From positions 1 through 33,996 of the forward strand of contig JAYVBO010000274.1 of assembly GCA_043750435.1 (NCBI GenBank): a stretch of 33,996 nt of DNA. The letters run 5' to 3'. A program made the position numbers and the translations under genes. The notes under the pieces are model-generated. The model made no database searches, was not told where the DNA came from, and worked only from the letters and a program-made list of their open reading frames with translations. This document shows, in pieces, positions 7,638 through 16,887 of the stretch (its first letter is position 1; each line of letters starts with the position of its first letter). Source of the DNA: Betaproteobacteria bacterium (GTDB lineage Bacteria > Pseudomonadota > Gammaproteobacteria > Burkholderiales > Burkholderiaceae_C).

Positions 7638-8345
7638 TCAGACCGCCAGTTGCTGGCCCAGCGCGGTCACGTCGGCCGCGTTGTCGCCACGGCCCTGCAT
7701 CACCACCGTGCCGCGTTCCAGAACGTAGAAGCGCTGCGTCAGGCTCACCGCGCGGTGCATGTTCTGTTCGACCAGCAGGATGGGGATACCGTCGCGGCGC
7801 AGGCCGTCCATCAGCGCGAAGATTTCGTCAACGATCTTGGGCGCCAAGCCTTCGGTCGGCTCGTCGATCAGCAGCAGGCGCGGCGTGCCCACCAGCACGC
7901 GGGCCATGGCCAGCATCTGCTGTTCGCCGCCCGACAGCGTGGTGCCCAGCTGCTTGCGGCGCTCGCCCAGCCGCGTGAAGCGGGTGTAGGTTTCGTCGAG
8001 CTTGCGGCGGTCGTCGGCGCGGCTGCGGCCGGTGCTCTGCATGAAGCCCAGCACCAGGTTTTCTTCGACGCTCAGGCCGGGGAAGATGCGCCGGTCTTCG
8101 GGCACCAGGCCGATGCCGCGCCGGCAGATGAGTTCCGAGGCCACGCCGCCGATCTCACCCCCGTCGAACTGGATGCGGCCCTGGCTGGGCGCCACCCAGC
8201 CGGCGATGGTTTTCATCACCGTGGTCTTGCCCACCCCGTTGCGGCCGAACAGGCCCACCACCTCGTTGGCGCCGACGCGGATGTTCACGCCCTGCAGCAC
8301 GTGGCTCAGGCCGTAGTGCGTGTGCACGTCTTGCAGTTCAAGCAT
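7638..8345 (-). CDS. LIV/HAAT-type ABC transporter ATP-binding subunit (LivF-like), system 2
   Basis: Walker A GRNGVGKTT, signature LSGGEQQ, Walker B LLLIDEP, LLVEQN. Confidence 0.95.
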   Translation of the reverse strand: MLELQDVHTHYGLSHVLQGVNIRVGANEVVGLFGRNGVGKTTVMKTIAGWVAPSQGRIQFDGGEIGGVASELICRRGIGLVPEDRRIFPGLSVEENLVLGFMQSTGRSRADDRRKLDETYTRFTRLGERRKQLGTTLSGGEQQMLAMARVLVGTPRLLLIDEPTEGLAPKIVDEIFALMDGLRRDGIPILLVEQNMHRAVSLTQRFYVLERGTVVMQGRGDNAADVTALGQQLAV

Positions 8346-9120
8346 GGGCGCTGTCCTCGGGGCTCACGGTGGGTGGGGCGCTGCCAAAGTAGGCGGCCTG
8401 CACCGCGGGGTCGGCGCGCACCTGGCGCGGCGGGCCCTCGGCGAGGCGCGCGCCCTGGTGCATCACCAGCACATGGTCCGACAGGGCCATCACCAGGTCC
8501 ACGTCGTGCTCGACCAGCAGGATGCTCAGGCCGTCTTCGGCCAGGCTGCGGATCAGCGCGGCCGTCTCCTGCGTGTCGGCGTGGCTCATGCCTTGTGTGG
8601 GTTCGTCGAGCAGCAGCATGCGCGGGCGCGCGGCCAGGGCCACGGCGATCTCCAGCCGGCGCTGTTCACCGTGCGACAGAAAGCCCGCCAGTTCGTCGGC
8701 CTGGCGGCGCAGGTTGAAACGTTCGATGAGCTCGTCCACCCGCGCCAGCGCGGCCTTGCTGGCACTGGCCCGGCGCAGCAGGCCGCGACCCCCTTCGACG
8801 AATTGCGCGGCCAGGCGCAGGTTCTCGCGCACCGGCAGTTCGAAAAACAGGTTGGTGATCTGGAAAGAACGCGCCAGGCCGGCCGCCAGCATGCGGTCGG
8901 GCGGCGCGCCCGTCAGGTCAACGCCTTCGAAGAGCACCTGGCCCGAACTCGGCCGAATGGCGCCGCTGATCAGGTTGAACAGGCTGCTCTTGCCCGCACC
9001 ATTGGGGCCGATCACGCTGGTGATGTGGCCGCGCTGGGCGTCGAAGCTGACATCGTCGACGGCCACCAGCGTGCCGAAGCGCACGGTCAGGCCGCGGACT
9101 TGAAGAATCGAGCCGCTCAT
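8338..9120 (-). CDS. LIV/HAAT-type ABC transporter ATP-binding subunit (LivG-like), system 2
   Basis: Real start ATG 9120 (MSGSILQVRGL), overlapping the upstream stop; GPNGAGKSS, ARSFQ, LSHGEQRRLE, LLLDEP, VEHD. Confidence 0.95.
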   Translation of the reverse strand: MSGSILQVRGLTVRFGTLVAVDDVSFDAQRGHITSVIGPNGAGKSSLFNLISGAIRPSSGQVLFEGVDLTGAPPDRMLAAGLARSFQITNLFFELPVRENLRLAAQFVEGGRGLLRRASASKAALARVDELIERFNLRRQADELAGFLSHGEQRRLEIAVALAARPRMLLLDEPTQGMSHADTQETAALIRSLAEDGLSILLVEHDVDLVMALSDHVLVMHQGARLAEGPPRQVRADPAVQAAYFGSAPPTVSPEDSAHA

Positions 9121-10124
9121 GGTCGGCTCCACCGGCGTTGCAGGGCCGGCACCAGGTAGCCGATCAAGCCCTTGGGGAAGAAGATCACGCTGACCATGAA
9201 GAGCACGCCGATGGCGATCTGGTGGTGGGCGGTGTAGGAGCCGACCACCGACTTCAGCACCGTCAGGATGGCGCTGCCGTAGAGCGCGCCCACCAGCGTG
9301 CCGGTGCCGCCGACGATGACGTTGATGATGGCGTTGCCCGAGACCTGGAAGAACATCAGTTCGGGGCTGACGAAGCCGCGCAGCATGGGGTAGAGCGCAC
9401 CCGACAAGGCCGCGATGTCGGCGGCCAGCACGAAGGCAGCCAGCTTGTAGCGCCAGGGGTCGAAGCCGAGAAAGGGCACCCGGCTCTCGTTGGCCTTGAT
9501 GGCCGCCAGCATGCGCCCGAAAGGCGTTTCCATCAGCCACGACAAGCCGGCGTAAATGGCCGCGATCAAGGCCAGCACCAGCAGGAAGAAGGCCGGCGCG
9601 CTGGCCGCGTCCACCGTGAAGAAGAGCAGCGAAACCTGGGGCACCGGCACACCGATGATGCCGTCGCTGGCGCCCAGTTCTCGCGTGTTGAAGACCACCT
9701 TGGAGACCACCTGCGCCAGGCCGAAACTGATCAGCGCGAAGTACACCCCCTTGGCGCGGATGGCGATCACGCCGCCGATCAGCCCGGCCACGCTGGCCGT
9801 CACCAGCACCACCAGCAAGGCCAGCCAGAACGAGGGTGCGCCGTGCTTGAGGACCAGCGCCGACACATAGGCGCCGAAGCCGAAGAACAGCGCCTGGCCC
9901 AGCGGCAGCAGGCCGGTGCGGCCCAGCAGCAGGTCCACGCTGAGCGCCAGCCCGCCGAAGATCAAGGCCTCGGTGGCCAGGCGGTAGAAGAAGACATCAC
10001 CCAGCATCGCGGCCACCGCCGCGAAGGCCAGTGCGAAACCGAAGAAAGCGAAGGCCAGCCAGCGGATGGCGCTGCGCGGGCGCGGTGGCAAAGCGGCCGC
10101 TGTGTGCGAAGTGGCTTCAGCCAT
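9117..10124 (-). CDS. LIV/HAAT-type ABC transporter permease (LivM-like), system 2
   Basis: Multi-pass hydrophobic protein; GLLPLGQALFFGFGAY, GVYFALIS, TPFGRMLAAIKANE, VGGTGTLVG. Confidence 0.93.
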   Translation of the reverse strand: MAEATSHTAAALPPRPRSAIRWLAFAFFGFALAFAAVAAMLGDVFFYRLATEALIFGGLALSVDLLLGRTGLLPLGQALFFGFGAYVSALVLKHGAPSFWLALLVVLVTASVAGLIGGVIAIRAKGVYFALISFGLAQVVSKVVFNTRELGASDGIIGVPVPQVSLLFFTVDAASAPAFFLLVLALIAAIYAGLSWLMETPFGRMLAAIKANESRVPFLGFDPWRYKLAAFVLAADIAALSGALYPMLRGFVSPELMFFQVSGNAIINVIVGGTGTLVGALYGSAILTVLKSVVGSYTAHHQIAIGVLFMVSVIFFPKGLIGYLVPALQRRWSRP

Positions 10125-11010
10125 GACCGAGTCTCCCGAACAGCCCCTGCGGCCGCCACATCAGCACCGCCACCATGATCCCGAAGAGCAGCGGATCGCT
10201 CCACACTGGTGAGATGAACAGGCTGCTGATCGACTGGATCTGCGTCAACAGCAGGCCGGCAATCACCGCGCCCTTGATCGAGCCCATGCCGCCGATGATG
10301 ACCACGCTGAAGGCGATCAGCACGAAGTCGCGGCCCATGGTGGGGAACACCGAATAGAGGGGCGCCAGCAGCACGCCCGACAGACCGGCCAGCGCCACGC
10401 CGAAAGCAAAGGTGGCGGCGTAGACCCTGCCCACCGGCACGCCCAGTGACGCCGCCATGTGGCGGTCGTAGGCGGCGGCGCGGACCATCGCGCCGAGCCG
10501 CGTGCGGAAGACCACCACCCACACGCCGGCGATGACCGCACTGCCCAGCGCCATCAGGAACAGCCGGTAGTTAGGGAAGAACAAACCCATCATCTCGGTG
10601 GCCCCGGCGATGGGCGCTTCCACGCGCAAGGGGTTGGCGCCGAAGACGATCTTCAGCGCGTCTTCCAGCACGATGCCCAGGCCGAAGGTCAGCAGCAGGG
10701 TCAGCGTGTGGCGGTCCTTGGAGTGGAAGACGCGCTGGATCAGCGCGCGCTCGGTGGCGTAGCCCACCACGGCCATCAACAGCGGCGTCAAGGCCAGCGC
10801 CCACCAGAAGGGCAGGCCCAGGCCGATCAGCGCCACGGCGGCGTAGGCGCCCAGCGCATAGAACTCGCCATGGGCCATGTTGATCACGTCCAGCAGCCCG
10901 AAGATGATGGTCAGGCCCAGGGCCATCAACACCACCGCCACGCCGATGGACGCGCCGTTGATCACTTGTGGCGCCAGGACGAACTGGATCCACTCCAAGG
11001 CTTCGGTCAT
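10117..11010 (-). CDS. LIV/HAAT-type ABC transporter permease (LivH-like), system 2
   Basis: ALGLTIIFGLLDVINMAHGE, TRLGAMVRAA, VIIGGMGSIKG. Confidence 0.93.
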   Translation of the reverse strand: MTEALEWIQFVLAPQVINGASIGVAVVLMALGLTIIFGLLDVINMAHGEFYALGAYAAVALIGLGLPFWWALALTPLLMAVVGYATERALIQRVFHSKDRHTLTLLLTFGLGIVLEDALKIVFGANPLRVEAPIAGATEMMGLFFPNYRLFLMALGSAVIAGVWVVVFRTRLGAMVRAAAYDRHMAASLGVPVGRVYAATFAFGVALAGLSGVLLAPLYSVFPTMGRDFVLIAFSVVIIGGMGSIKGAVIAGLLLTQIQSISSLFISPVWSDPLLFGIMVAVLMWRPQGLFGRLGHG

Positions 11011-11020
11011 GGTGCTGGGC

Positions 11021-12190
11021 TCAGAACTTGGTGCAGCTGTCGGCGCCGATGGCGGCGGCGGCGCTGACCTTGCCGACGATCTCGAAAGCCCCGTTGTTGA
11101 CCCTCACCGCATACATGTCCTGCATCGCCTGGTGGTCGCCGGCGCGCAGCGTCTTCACGCCTTGCGGGGTGGCCCATTGCAAGCCGCGCATGGCCGTGCG
11201 CACGGCGTCGGTCTCGGTGCTCTTGGCCTTCTCGACCGCGGCCTTGTAGAAGAACAGCACGCCGTAGCTGTCGGCGCCGTAGAGGTCGGGTTTGGCCTTG
11301 GTGGCGGCCTCGAACTCGGCGACGAACTTCCTGTTCTCGGCGCTGTCGATGCTGGTGGAATAGCCCACGCCCGTGACGAAGCCGTCGGCCGCCTTGCCGA
11401 TGGCGGCCAGGTTTTGCGACGTGACGGTGCCCGAAGCGCCCACCACCTGCAGATTGCGGCTCAAGCCAAACTCGGCCATCTGGGTGAACAGGCGCACCGT
11501 GTCGTTGCCGGCCACCGAGGTGTAGATGACGCTGGGCTTGGCGGCGCGGATCTGGCCGAAGAAGGGCGAGTAGTCCTTGTTGTCCAGCGGCGCGAAGACC
11601 TCACCCACGGTCTTCGCGCCCTTGCCTTCGGCGGCACTCTTGAAGGCGGCCACGGTGCTGCGGCCCATCTCGTAGTCGGGGCCGAGGTAGAAAACGCTGG
11701 CGTTGGGCTTGGTGCTGGCCATCCAATCGGCCAGGGCCGCGCTCTGCATGCCGGCGCGGGCGTTCACGCGGAAGACATTCGGGCTGCACTTGTCGCCCGT
11801 GATGCTGTCGGCGAAGGACACCGTGGTGGCGATCAAGCGTTGGTTGCGCTCAGCCACCTGGCCCACCGCCAGCGTGCTGCCGCTGTTGACGGTGCCGGTC
11901 AGGAAATCGACCTTGTTGACCTGGAACAGCTTCTCGGCCTTTTGGGTGGCCACGGCCGGATTGGCCTCTTCGTCTTCGTAGAGCAACTCCAGCTTGCGCC
12001 CCATCACACCGCCGGCAGCGTTGATCTGCGCGGCCGCCAGGTCGAGGCCCCATTTCACCTGCTGGCCGATGCCGGCATAGGTGCCCGACAGCGGCGTGAC
12101 GACGCCGATCTTGATGGCGCTGCTCTGCGCATGGGCCAGCAAAGGTGTGACGAAAGCCAAGGCGATGGTGCTGCGGGTCAAGGTTTTCAT
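11021..12190 (-). CDS. LIV/HAAT-type ABC transporter substrate-binding protein, system 2
   Basis: Start ATG 12190 (MKTLTRSTIALAFVTPLLAHAQ, signal peptide); IKIGVVTPLSG, INAAGGVMGR, DYEMGRS. Confidence 0.93.
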   Translation of the reverse strand: MKTLTRSTIALAFVTPLLAHAQSSAIKIGVVTPLSGTYAGIGQQVKWGLDLAAAQINAAGGVMGRKLELLYEDEEANPAVATQKAEKLFQVNKVDFLTGTVNSGSTLAVGQVAERNQRLIATTVSFADSITGDKCSPNVFRVNARAGMQSAALADWMASTKPNASVFYLGPDYEMGRSTVAAFKSAAEGKGAKTVGEVFAPLDNKDYSPFFGQIRAAKPSVIYTSVAGNDTVRLFTQMAEFGLSRNLQVVGASGTVTSQNLAAIGKAADGFVTGVGYSTSIDSAENRKFVAEFEAATKAKPDLYGADSYGVLFFYKAAVEKAKSTETDAVRTAMRGLQWATPQGVKTLRAGDHQAMQDMYAVRVNNGAFEIVGKVSAAAAIGADSCTKF

Positions 12191-12219
12191 GGGGGCTCTT
12201 TCTGGTGGGGGGCAGGGAT

Positions 12220-13032
12220 TCAGCGACCGACGAACTTCGGCTTGCGCTTGCTGTGAAAGGCTTCGACGCCTTCGCGGAAGTCCTCGCTGCTGCGCAGGCG
12301 CGAGTAGCAATGGCCTTCCAGTTCGATGGCGATGGACAGCGGCGAGTCTTCGGTGTCGTTGAGCAGTTTCTTGGCCGTGCGCTGGGCAATCGGGCTGAAG
12401 CTACGCAATTCGTCGACCAGCGCGTCGGTGGCCTTTTCCAGCTCGGCGTCGGGCACGCAATCGGTGGCCACGCCCCAGTCGAAGGCCTGCTTGCCGCTGA
12501 TCCGGCGGCTGCGCATCACGATGTCCTTGGTGCGCGTGATGCCGACCATCTTCTGCAGCCGCGCGCTGCCGCCGCTGCCCGGTATCTGCCCCAGCTTCTG
12601 CTCGGGCAAGGCGTACAGCGAGGTTTCGGTGACCAGACGGAAATCACAGGCCAGCGTCAGCTCGAAACCGACGCCAAAGCAATAGCCCCGGCCGGCCGCG
12701 ATGACCGGCTTGCTGCAGCGCGCCGGCGCGGCCACGTTCCAGGCCAACTGGCTGACCTTTTCTGGCGTGGCTTCGAGAAAGCCCTTGATGTCGCCGCCGC
12801 TGCTGAAGTGTTCGCCCTGGCCGCGGATGACGATGACGCGCACGCGCTCGTCGGCGTCCAGCGCCTCGATGGTGATGCGCAGTTGCTCGCGCGCCAGCAT
12901 GCTCACCACGTTCAGCGGGGGGCGATCCAGGATGATATCGGCACGTTCGCGCGCGGCGTCGATCTCGACGCGGAAACCGTCCAGTTCGGTGGGCAGCGTG
13001 GCGGCGGGGTGCTTCAGGTCGTTCAGGTTCAT
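12220..13032 (-). CDS. hmfE: Crotonase-fold 2-oxoglutaroyl-CoA hydrolase (HmfE)
   Basis: Crotonase motifs FSSGGDI, GVGFELTLACDFR, LPEQKLGQIPGSGG; segments LDGFRVEID...RADIILDRPPLN, LAWNVAAPARCSKPV and ELEGHCYSRLR match my recollection of HmfE; hmfABCD are in the same operon. Confidence 0.85.
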   Translation of the reverse strand: MNLNDLKHPAATLPTELDGFRVEIDAARERADIILDRPPLNVVSMLAREQLRITIEALDADERVRVIVIRGQGEHFSSGGDIKGFLEATPEKVSQLAWNVAAPARCSKPVIAAGRGYCFGVGFELTLACDFRLVTETSLYALPEQKLGQIPGSGGSARLQKMVGITRTKDIVMRSRRISGKQAFDWGVATDCVPDAELEKATDALVDELRSFSPIAQRTAKKLLNDTEDSPLSIAIELEGHCYSRLRSSEDFREGVEAFHSKRKPKFVGR

Positions 13033-13115
13033 GGTGGGTCCTTCGTTACTTGCGTGTCGTTCGAGCAGGTTGTGTGGTTCGCTGTGCGGGGATGGGGTGC
13101 GCGGCGCCGCTGGGC

Positions 13116-14567
13116 TCAGGCGCCGACCACGCCCACGTTCTGGTAGATGTGCTTGATCTCGGTGAAGTCCATCAGTGCGTCGAAGCCATGCAGCCGACCC
13201 AGGCCGCTGCGGCGGTAGCCACCGGTCTCGGCCTCGGCGAAGAGCTTGTTGTGGTCATTGATCCAGACCGTGCCGTTGCGCAGGGCGCGCGCCACGCGCA
13301 GTGCCCGCGCGCCGTCGTGCGTCCACACGCTGGCCGACAGGCCGTAGTCGCTGTGGTTGGCGCGCTTCACGGCCTCGACCTCGCTCTCGAAGCGCTCCAG
13401 CACCACCAGCGGGCCGAAGATCTCCTCCTGCACGAAGAAGGCGCTGCTGTCGCGGTGGGCCACCAGCGTGGGTGTCAGGAAGCTGCTGCCCGCGGGCATG
13501 CCGGCGGGACGGCCGCCGCGCAGCAGCACCTCGTCGGCCTCGTCCATCGCGCGCTGGGTTTGCGCGTCCACGCGCGCGCAAGCGGCAGCGTCGATGAGCG
13601 GGCCGACCTGCGCGCCGGCTTGGTCGCCCGGTGCCACCACCAGCGCGGCCAGGGCCTGCGTCAGCGCCAGCTTCATCGCGTCGTAGCGGGCGGCATGCAC
13701 CAGCACGCGCCGCGCCGCGGTGCATTGCTGGCCGCTGATGATGGTGGCGGCAGCCGCCAGTTGCGGCGCCACGCGCGCCACGTCGCAGTCCTCGAACACC
13801 AGGCAGGCCGACTTGCCGCCCAGCTCCAGCGACAGCTTCTTCATCGTCGGCGCAGCCGCGGCCATGATGTGCGCGCCGGTGGCATTGCTGCCGGTGAAGC
13901 TGATCACATCGACGTCGGGCGACGTGACCAGCGTCTGCGCCACCGCGTGCCCGCTTTCGCTGACGAGGTTGACGACGCCGGGCGGCAGTCCGGGCACCGC
14001 GTGCAGGGCGGCGATGACGGCCGCAGTGATCAGGGCGGATTGCGGCGCCGGCTTGATGACCACGGTGCAGCCGGCAGCCAGCGCCGGTGTCAACGCGCGT
14101 ATCAGCAGCACCACGGGCGCGTTCCACGGGATGATCAGGCCGGCCACGCCAGCCGGCTCTTTCAGCAGGGTGCTGAACACCCCGGGCTCGACTTCGAACA
14201 CATGGCCGGGCATGTAGCGGGTCAGACCGGCGTAGTAGCGGATCTCGGAGATCGCACCGCCCATCTCGCCGCGCGACTGCGCCAGCACCTTGCCGTTTTC
14301 CAACGTCAGCAGACGCGCCAGTTCGTCGGTCTGGCGCTCCAGTCCGCTGGCCCAGTCCAGCATCACCTGCTGGCGCAAGCGCGGGGCCTGCGCCCAGGTG
14401 GGCTGCTCGAAGGCGCGGCGGGCCGCGGCAATGGCGGCATGGGCGTCTTCGGCGCTGCCATCGGCGTAGCTGCCGATGACGGTGCCGGTGGCCGGGTCGG
14501 TGCGCGTGCCGCTGCGTGCGGCGTGGCGCCACAGGCCGTCGATCAGGAGTCGGGCTTCGAGGGACAT
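13116..14567 (-). CDS. NAD(P)-dependent aldehyde dehydrogenase (probable furanic aldehyde dehydrogenase, PsfA/Adh-like)
   Basis: Start ATG 14567 (MSLEARLLIDG, 483 aa); IIPWNAP, SFTGS, LELGGKS (catalytic Glu), SGQQCTA (catalytic Cys), EEIFGP. Substrate is inferred from context. Confidence 0.9.
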   Translation of the reverse strand: MSLEARLLIDGLWRHAARSGTRTDPATGTVIGSYADGSAEDAHAAIAAARRAFEQPTWAQAPRLRQQVMLDWASGLERQTDELARLLTLENGKVLAQSRGEMGGAISEIRYYAGLTRYMPGHVFEVEPGVFSTLLKEPAGVAGLIIPWNAPVVLLIRALTPALAAGCTVVIKPAPQSALITAAVIAALHAVPGLPPGVVNLVSESGHAVAQTLVTSPDVDVISFTGSNATGAHIMAAAAPTMKKLSLELGGKSACLVFEDCDVARVAPQLAAAATIISGQQCTAARRVLVHAARYDAMKLALTQALAALVVAPGDQAGAQVGPLIDAAACARVDAQTQRAMDEADEVLLRGGRPAGMPAGSSFLTPTLVAHRDSSAFFVQEEIFGPLVVLERFESEVEAVKRANHSDYGLSASVWTHDGARALRVARALRNGTVWINDHNKLFAEAETGGYRRSGLGRLHGFDALMDFTEIKHIYQNVGVVGA

Positions 14568-14590
14568 GGTGGGTTGCCTTGGCTGCGTCT

Positions 14591-15355
14591 TCAGTGCATG
14601 ACCGAGCCGCCGTCGACCACGATCACCTGCCCGGTGACGAAGTCGCTTTCGGCGGACGAGAGATAGACCAGCGTGCCGCACAGGTCCTCGGGCGTGACCT
14701 CGCGTTTGATGGCGCGGCTGGCGATGTTGTTGGCGCTGCCTGCGCCTTGCCAGGCCGGGTTGGCCAGCGTGTTCTCGCTGGCCGTGAGGCCGGGCGCCAG
14801 GGTGTTGACGCGGATGCCGACATCGCCCAGTTCACGGGCCAGGGCGCGCGTCATGGCCACCACCGCGCCCTTGCTGCTGACGTAGTGCAGCAGCATGGGC
14901 ACGCCTTTGAAGACCGTGCCCGAGGCGATGTTGACGATCTTGCCGTAGCCCTGCTGGCGCATCTGCGGCACCACGGCCTTGGCGCACTCGAAGGGGCCGC
15001 GCACGTTGACCGCCATCACGCGGTCCCACTCGGCGCTGCCGATCTGGTCGAAGGGCTTCATCTCCAGCTGGGCGAAGAGCCCGGCGTTGTTGACCAGGAT
15101 GTCGATGCGGCCGTAGGCATCGATGGCGGCGGCGGCCATCTGCGCGACCGATTCGGGCGCGCTGACATCGGTGTGCACAGCGATGGCGCGGCCGCCGGCG
15201 TCGCGGATCTTCTGGGCCACGGGCTCGGCATCGACGATGTCGCTGCACACCACGGCTGCACCCTCGGCCGCCAGCGCGGCGGCGTAGCGCGCGCCGATGC
15301 CCTGGGCGGCGCCCGTGACGATGGCGACGCGGCCCTGGAGTCTGTGCTGGTTCAT
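14591..15355 (-). CDS. Classical short-chain dehydrogenase/reductase (probable furanic alcohol dehydrogenase, PsfG-like)
   Basis: Start ATG 15355 overlapping the upstream stop (ATGA); TGAAQGIG, NNAG, YVSSK, VDGG; Asp after beta-2 (CSDI) suggests NAD preference. Confidence 0.9.
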   Translation of the reverse strand: MNQHRLQGRVAIVTGAAQGIGARYAAALAAEGAAVVCSDIVDAEPVAQKIRDAGGRAIAVHTDVSAPESVAQMAAAAIDAYGRIDILVNNAGLFAQLEMKPFDQIGSAEWDRVMAVNVRGPFECAKAVVPQMRQQGYGKIVNIASGTVFKGVPMLLHYVSSKGAVVAMTRALARELGDVGIRVNTLAPGLTASENTLANPAWQGAGSANNIASRAIKREVTPEDLCGTLVYLSSAESDFVTGQVIVVDGGSVMH

Positions 15356-16164
15356 GCGGCCTGCCCTTGCTTGCGGTTGGTCTTGTTGGTCTTGTCGGCC
15401 TTGGCGGCCTTGTCGATCAGCTGCGCATCGACGCGGGCCTGGTCCTCGGCCTTGCGTGCGCTGTCGGACATGCCGTTGAACAGCGTGCCGATGACGCCCT
15501 TTTCCAGATCGCTGGTGCCGAACAGGGCATCGCAGATCGGGAAAGTCAGGTTGAAGTTGCGCGTGTGCATGAAGTCGGGGTTGTGGTGCAGCACGTGCAT
15601 GCGGCGCACGGTGTTCACCAGCGGCATCGCGTCCAGCAGCGGGTGCTGCAGATGGCTCAGCGTGTGCAGGCCCTCGTACATCAGGAAGTAGGCGGCCATG
15701 GTCAGCATCGCGATGTAGCCGGCGTTGGCCGACCACAGCGTGCCCAGCAGCAAGGCCACCGGCAGAGCGGCCAGCACGAAGAGCACCGGCGCAAAGGGCG
15801 GAAACAGCAGGGCGCGCCAATCTTGCTGGCCGCTGTAGTCCAGCGTCTTGTGGCTGAAGAACTGGTGGTGCGTGTTGACGTGGCGCTTGTAGGCCACCTT
15901 CAGCAGGCTCCGCGGGCTGTGCAGCAGGTAGCGGTGGCCGGCCCATTCGGCCCAGTTGCCGAACAAGAACATCGGTATCACCACGGCCAGCCATTCCAGT
16001 GCTGTGGGCGCGCTCAGCTTGGCTGCGCAGTACCCGAGCACGCCGCCCGTGAAGCACAGCGTGAAGGCCAGGTGCATCTCGCCGCGGTACCAGCCGGGCG
16101 TCTCCGTGCGGTACTGCTGGCGAAAGGCCTGCGAGCGCTGGACGATTTCTTGTTCACGGTTCAT
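15352..16164 (-). CDS. hmfS: Fatty-acid hydroxylase / sterol desaturase superfamily membrane di-iron protein (HmfS-like)
   Basis: AAGGAG RBS; four hydrophobic segments with His boxes HRYLLH, HVNTHH, HTLSH, HVLHH and the NFNLT motif; a gene of this family accompanies described hmf clusters. The family call is firmer than the symbol. Confidence 0.75.
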   Translation of the reverse strand: MNREQEIVQRSQAFRQQYRTETPGWYRGEMHLAFTLCFTGGVLGYCAAKLSAPTALEWLAVVIPMFLFGNWAEWAGHRYLLHSPRSLLKVAYKRHVNTHHQFFSHKTLDYSGQQDWRALLFPPFAPVLFVLAALPVALLLGTLWSANAGYIAMLTMAAYFLMYEGLHTLSHLQHPLLDAMPLVNTVRRMHVLHHNPDFMHTRNFNLTFPICDALFGTSDLEKGVIGTLFNGMSDSARKAEDQARVDAQLIDKAAKADKTNKTNRKQGQAA

Positions 16165-16182
16165 GCCTTCTCCTTTAGGGGG

Positions 16183-16887
16183 TCATTCCAGGCCGAGGAA
16201 TTTGGCGGCGAAGGCCGGGTCGGCCAGCAGCGCATCGCGCTCGCCTTCCAGCACCGTGCGGCCGTTCTCCAGCACGACGGCGCGCTGCACGAAGTCCAGC
16301 GCCCGGTGCGTGTTCTGCTCCACCAGCAGCAGCGTCACGCCGCCGCTGGCGATCTGGCGCAGCGCATCCAGGATCTCGTCGACCAGCTTGGGCGCGACGC
16401 CGATGAAGGGCTCGTCGAGGAGCAGCAGGCGCGGGCTCGACATCAGCGCGCGGCCTATGGCCACCATCTGCTGCTGCCCGCCGCTGAGCTCGCCGGCGCT
16501 CTGCTTGGCCTTCTGGCGCAGGACGGGGAACAGCGCAAAGACCTGCTCCAGGGGCCCGTCCAGCGCGCGCTTGGGTGCTGCGAAGGCGCCCATAGCCAGG
16601 TTCTCCCAGACGCTCATGCCGGTGAACAGGCGTCTGCCTTCGGGTACCAGCGCAATGCCGGCCGCGACGGTCTGTGCGGTGCTGGGCTGCTGCAGCGGCT
16701 GGCCGTCAAAGTGGATGCTGCCGCCGGCCACGGGGTACAGGCCCACGATGGCGCCCATCGCCGTGCTCTTGCCGGCGCCGTTGCCGCCCAGCAGGCCCAC
16801 GCGTTCGCCGCGGCCGACGTGCAGGTTCATGTCCCACAGCGCGCGCGCCTTGCCGTGGTCGACGGCCAGGTTCTTGATCGTCAGCAT
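16183..16887 (-). CDS. LIV/HAAT-type ABC transporter ATP-binding subunit (LivF-like), system 1
   Basis: GGNGAGKST, VPEGRRLF, LSGGQQQ, LLLDEP, LLVEQN. Confidence 0.95.
   Translation of the reverse strand: MLTIKNLAVDHGKARALWDMNLHVGRGERVGLLGGNGAGKSTAMGAIVGLYPVAGGSIHFDGQPLQQPSTAQTVAAGIALVPEGRRLFTGMSVWENLAMGAFAAPKRALDGPLEQVFALFPVLRQKAKQSAGELSGGQQQMVAIGRALMSSPRLLLLDEPFIGVAPKLVDEILDALRQIASGGVTLLLVEQNTHRALDFVQRAVVLENGRTVLEGERDALLADPAFAAKFLGLE

Noticed and set aside
8338-9540. N-terminal extensions in the ORF track (8338-9540, 11021-12310, 14591-16057, 13116-14681, 31154-33157, 26145-29258)
   Set aside because: The extensions overlap neighbouring genes or promoter DNA; internal starts with an RBS or stop/start coupling give family-typical lengths.
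15379-15414. Four imperfect 9-bp repeats at the 3' end of the hydroxylase gene (DKAAKADKTNKT)
   Set aside because: In-frame low-complexity tail outside the catalytic domain; nothing suggests a function.
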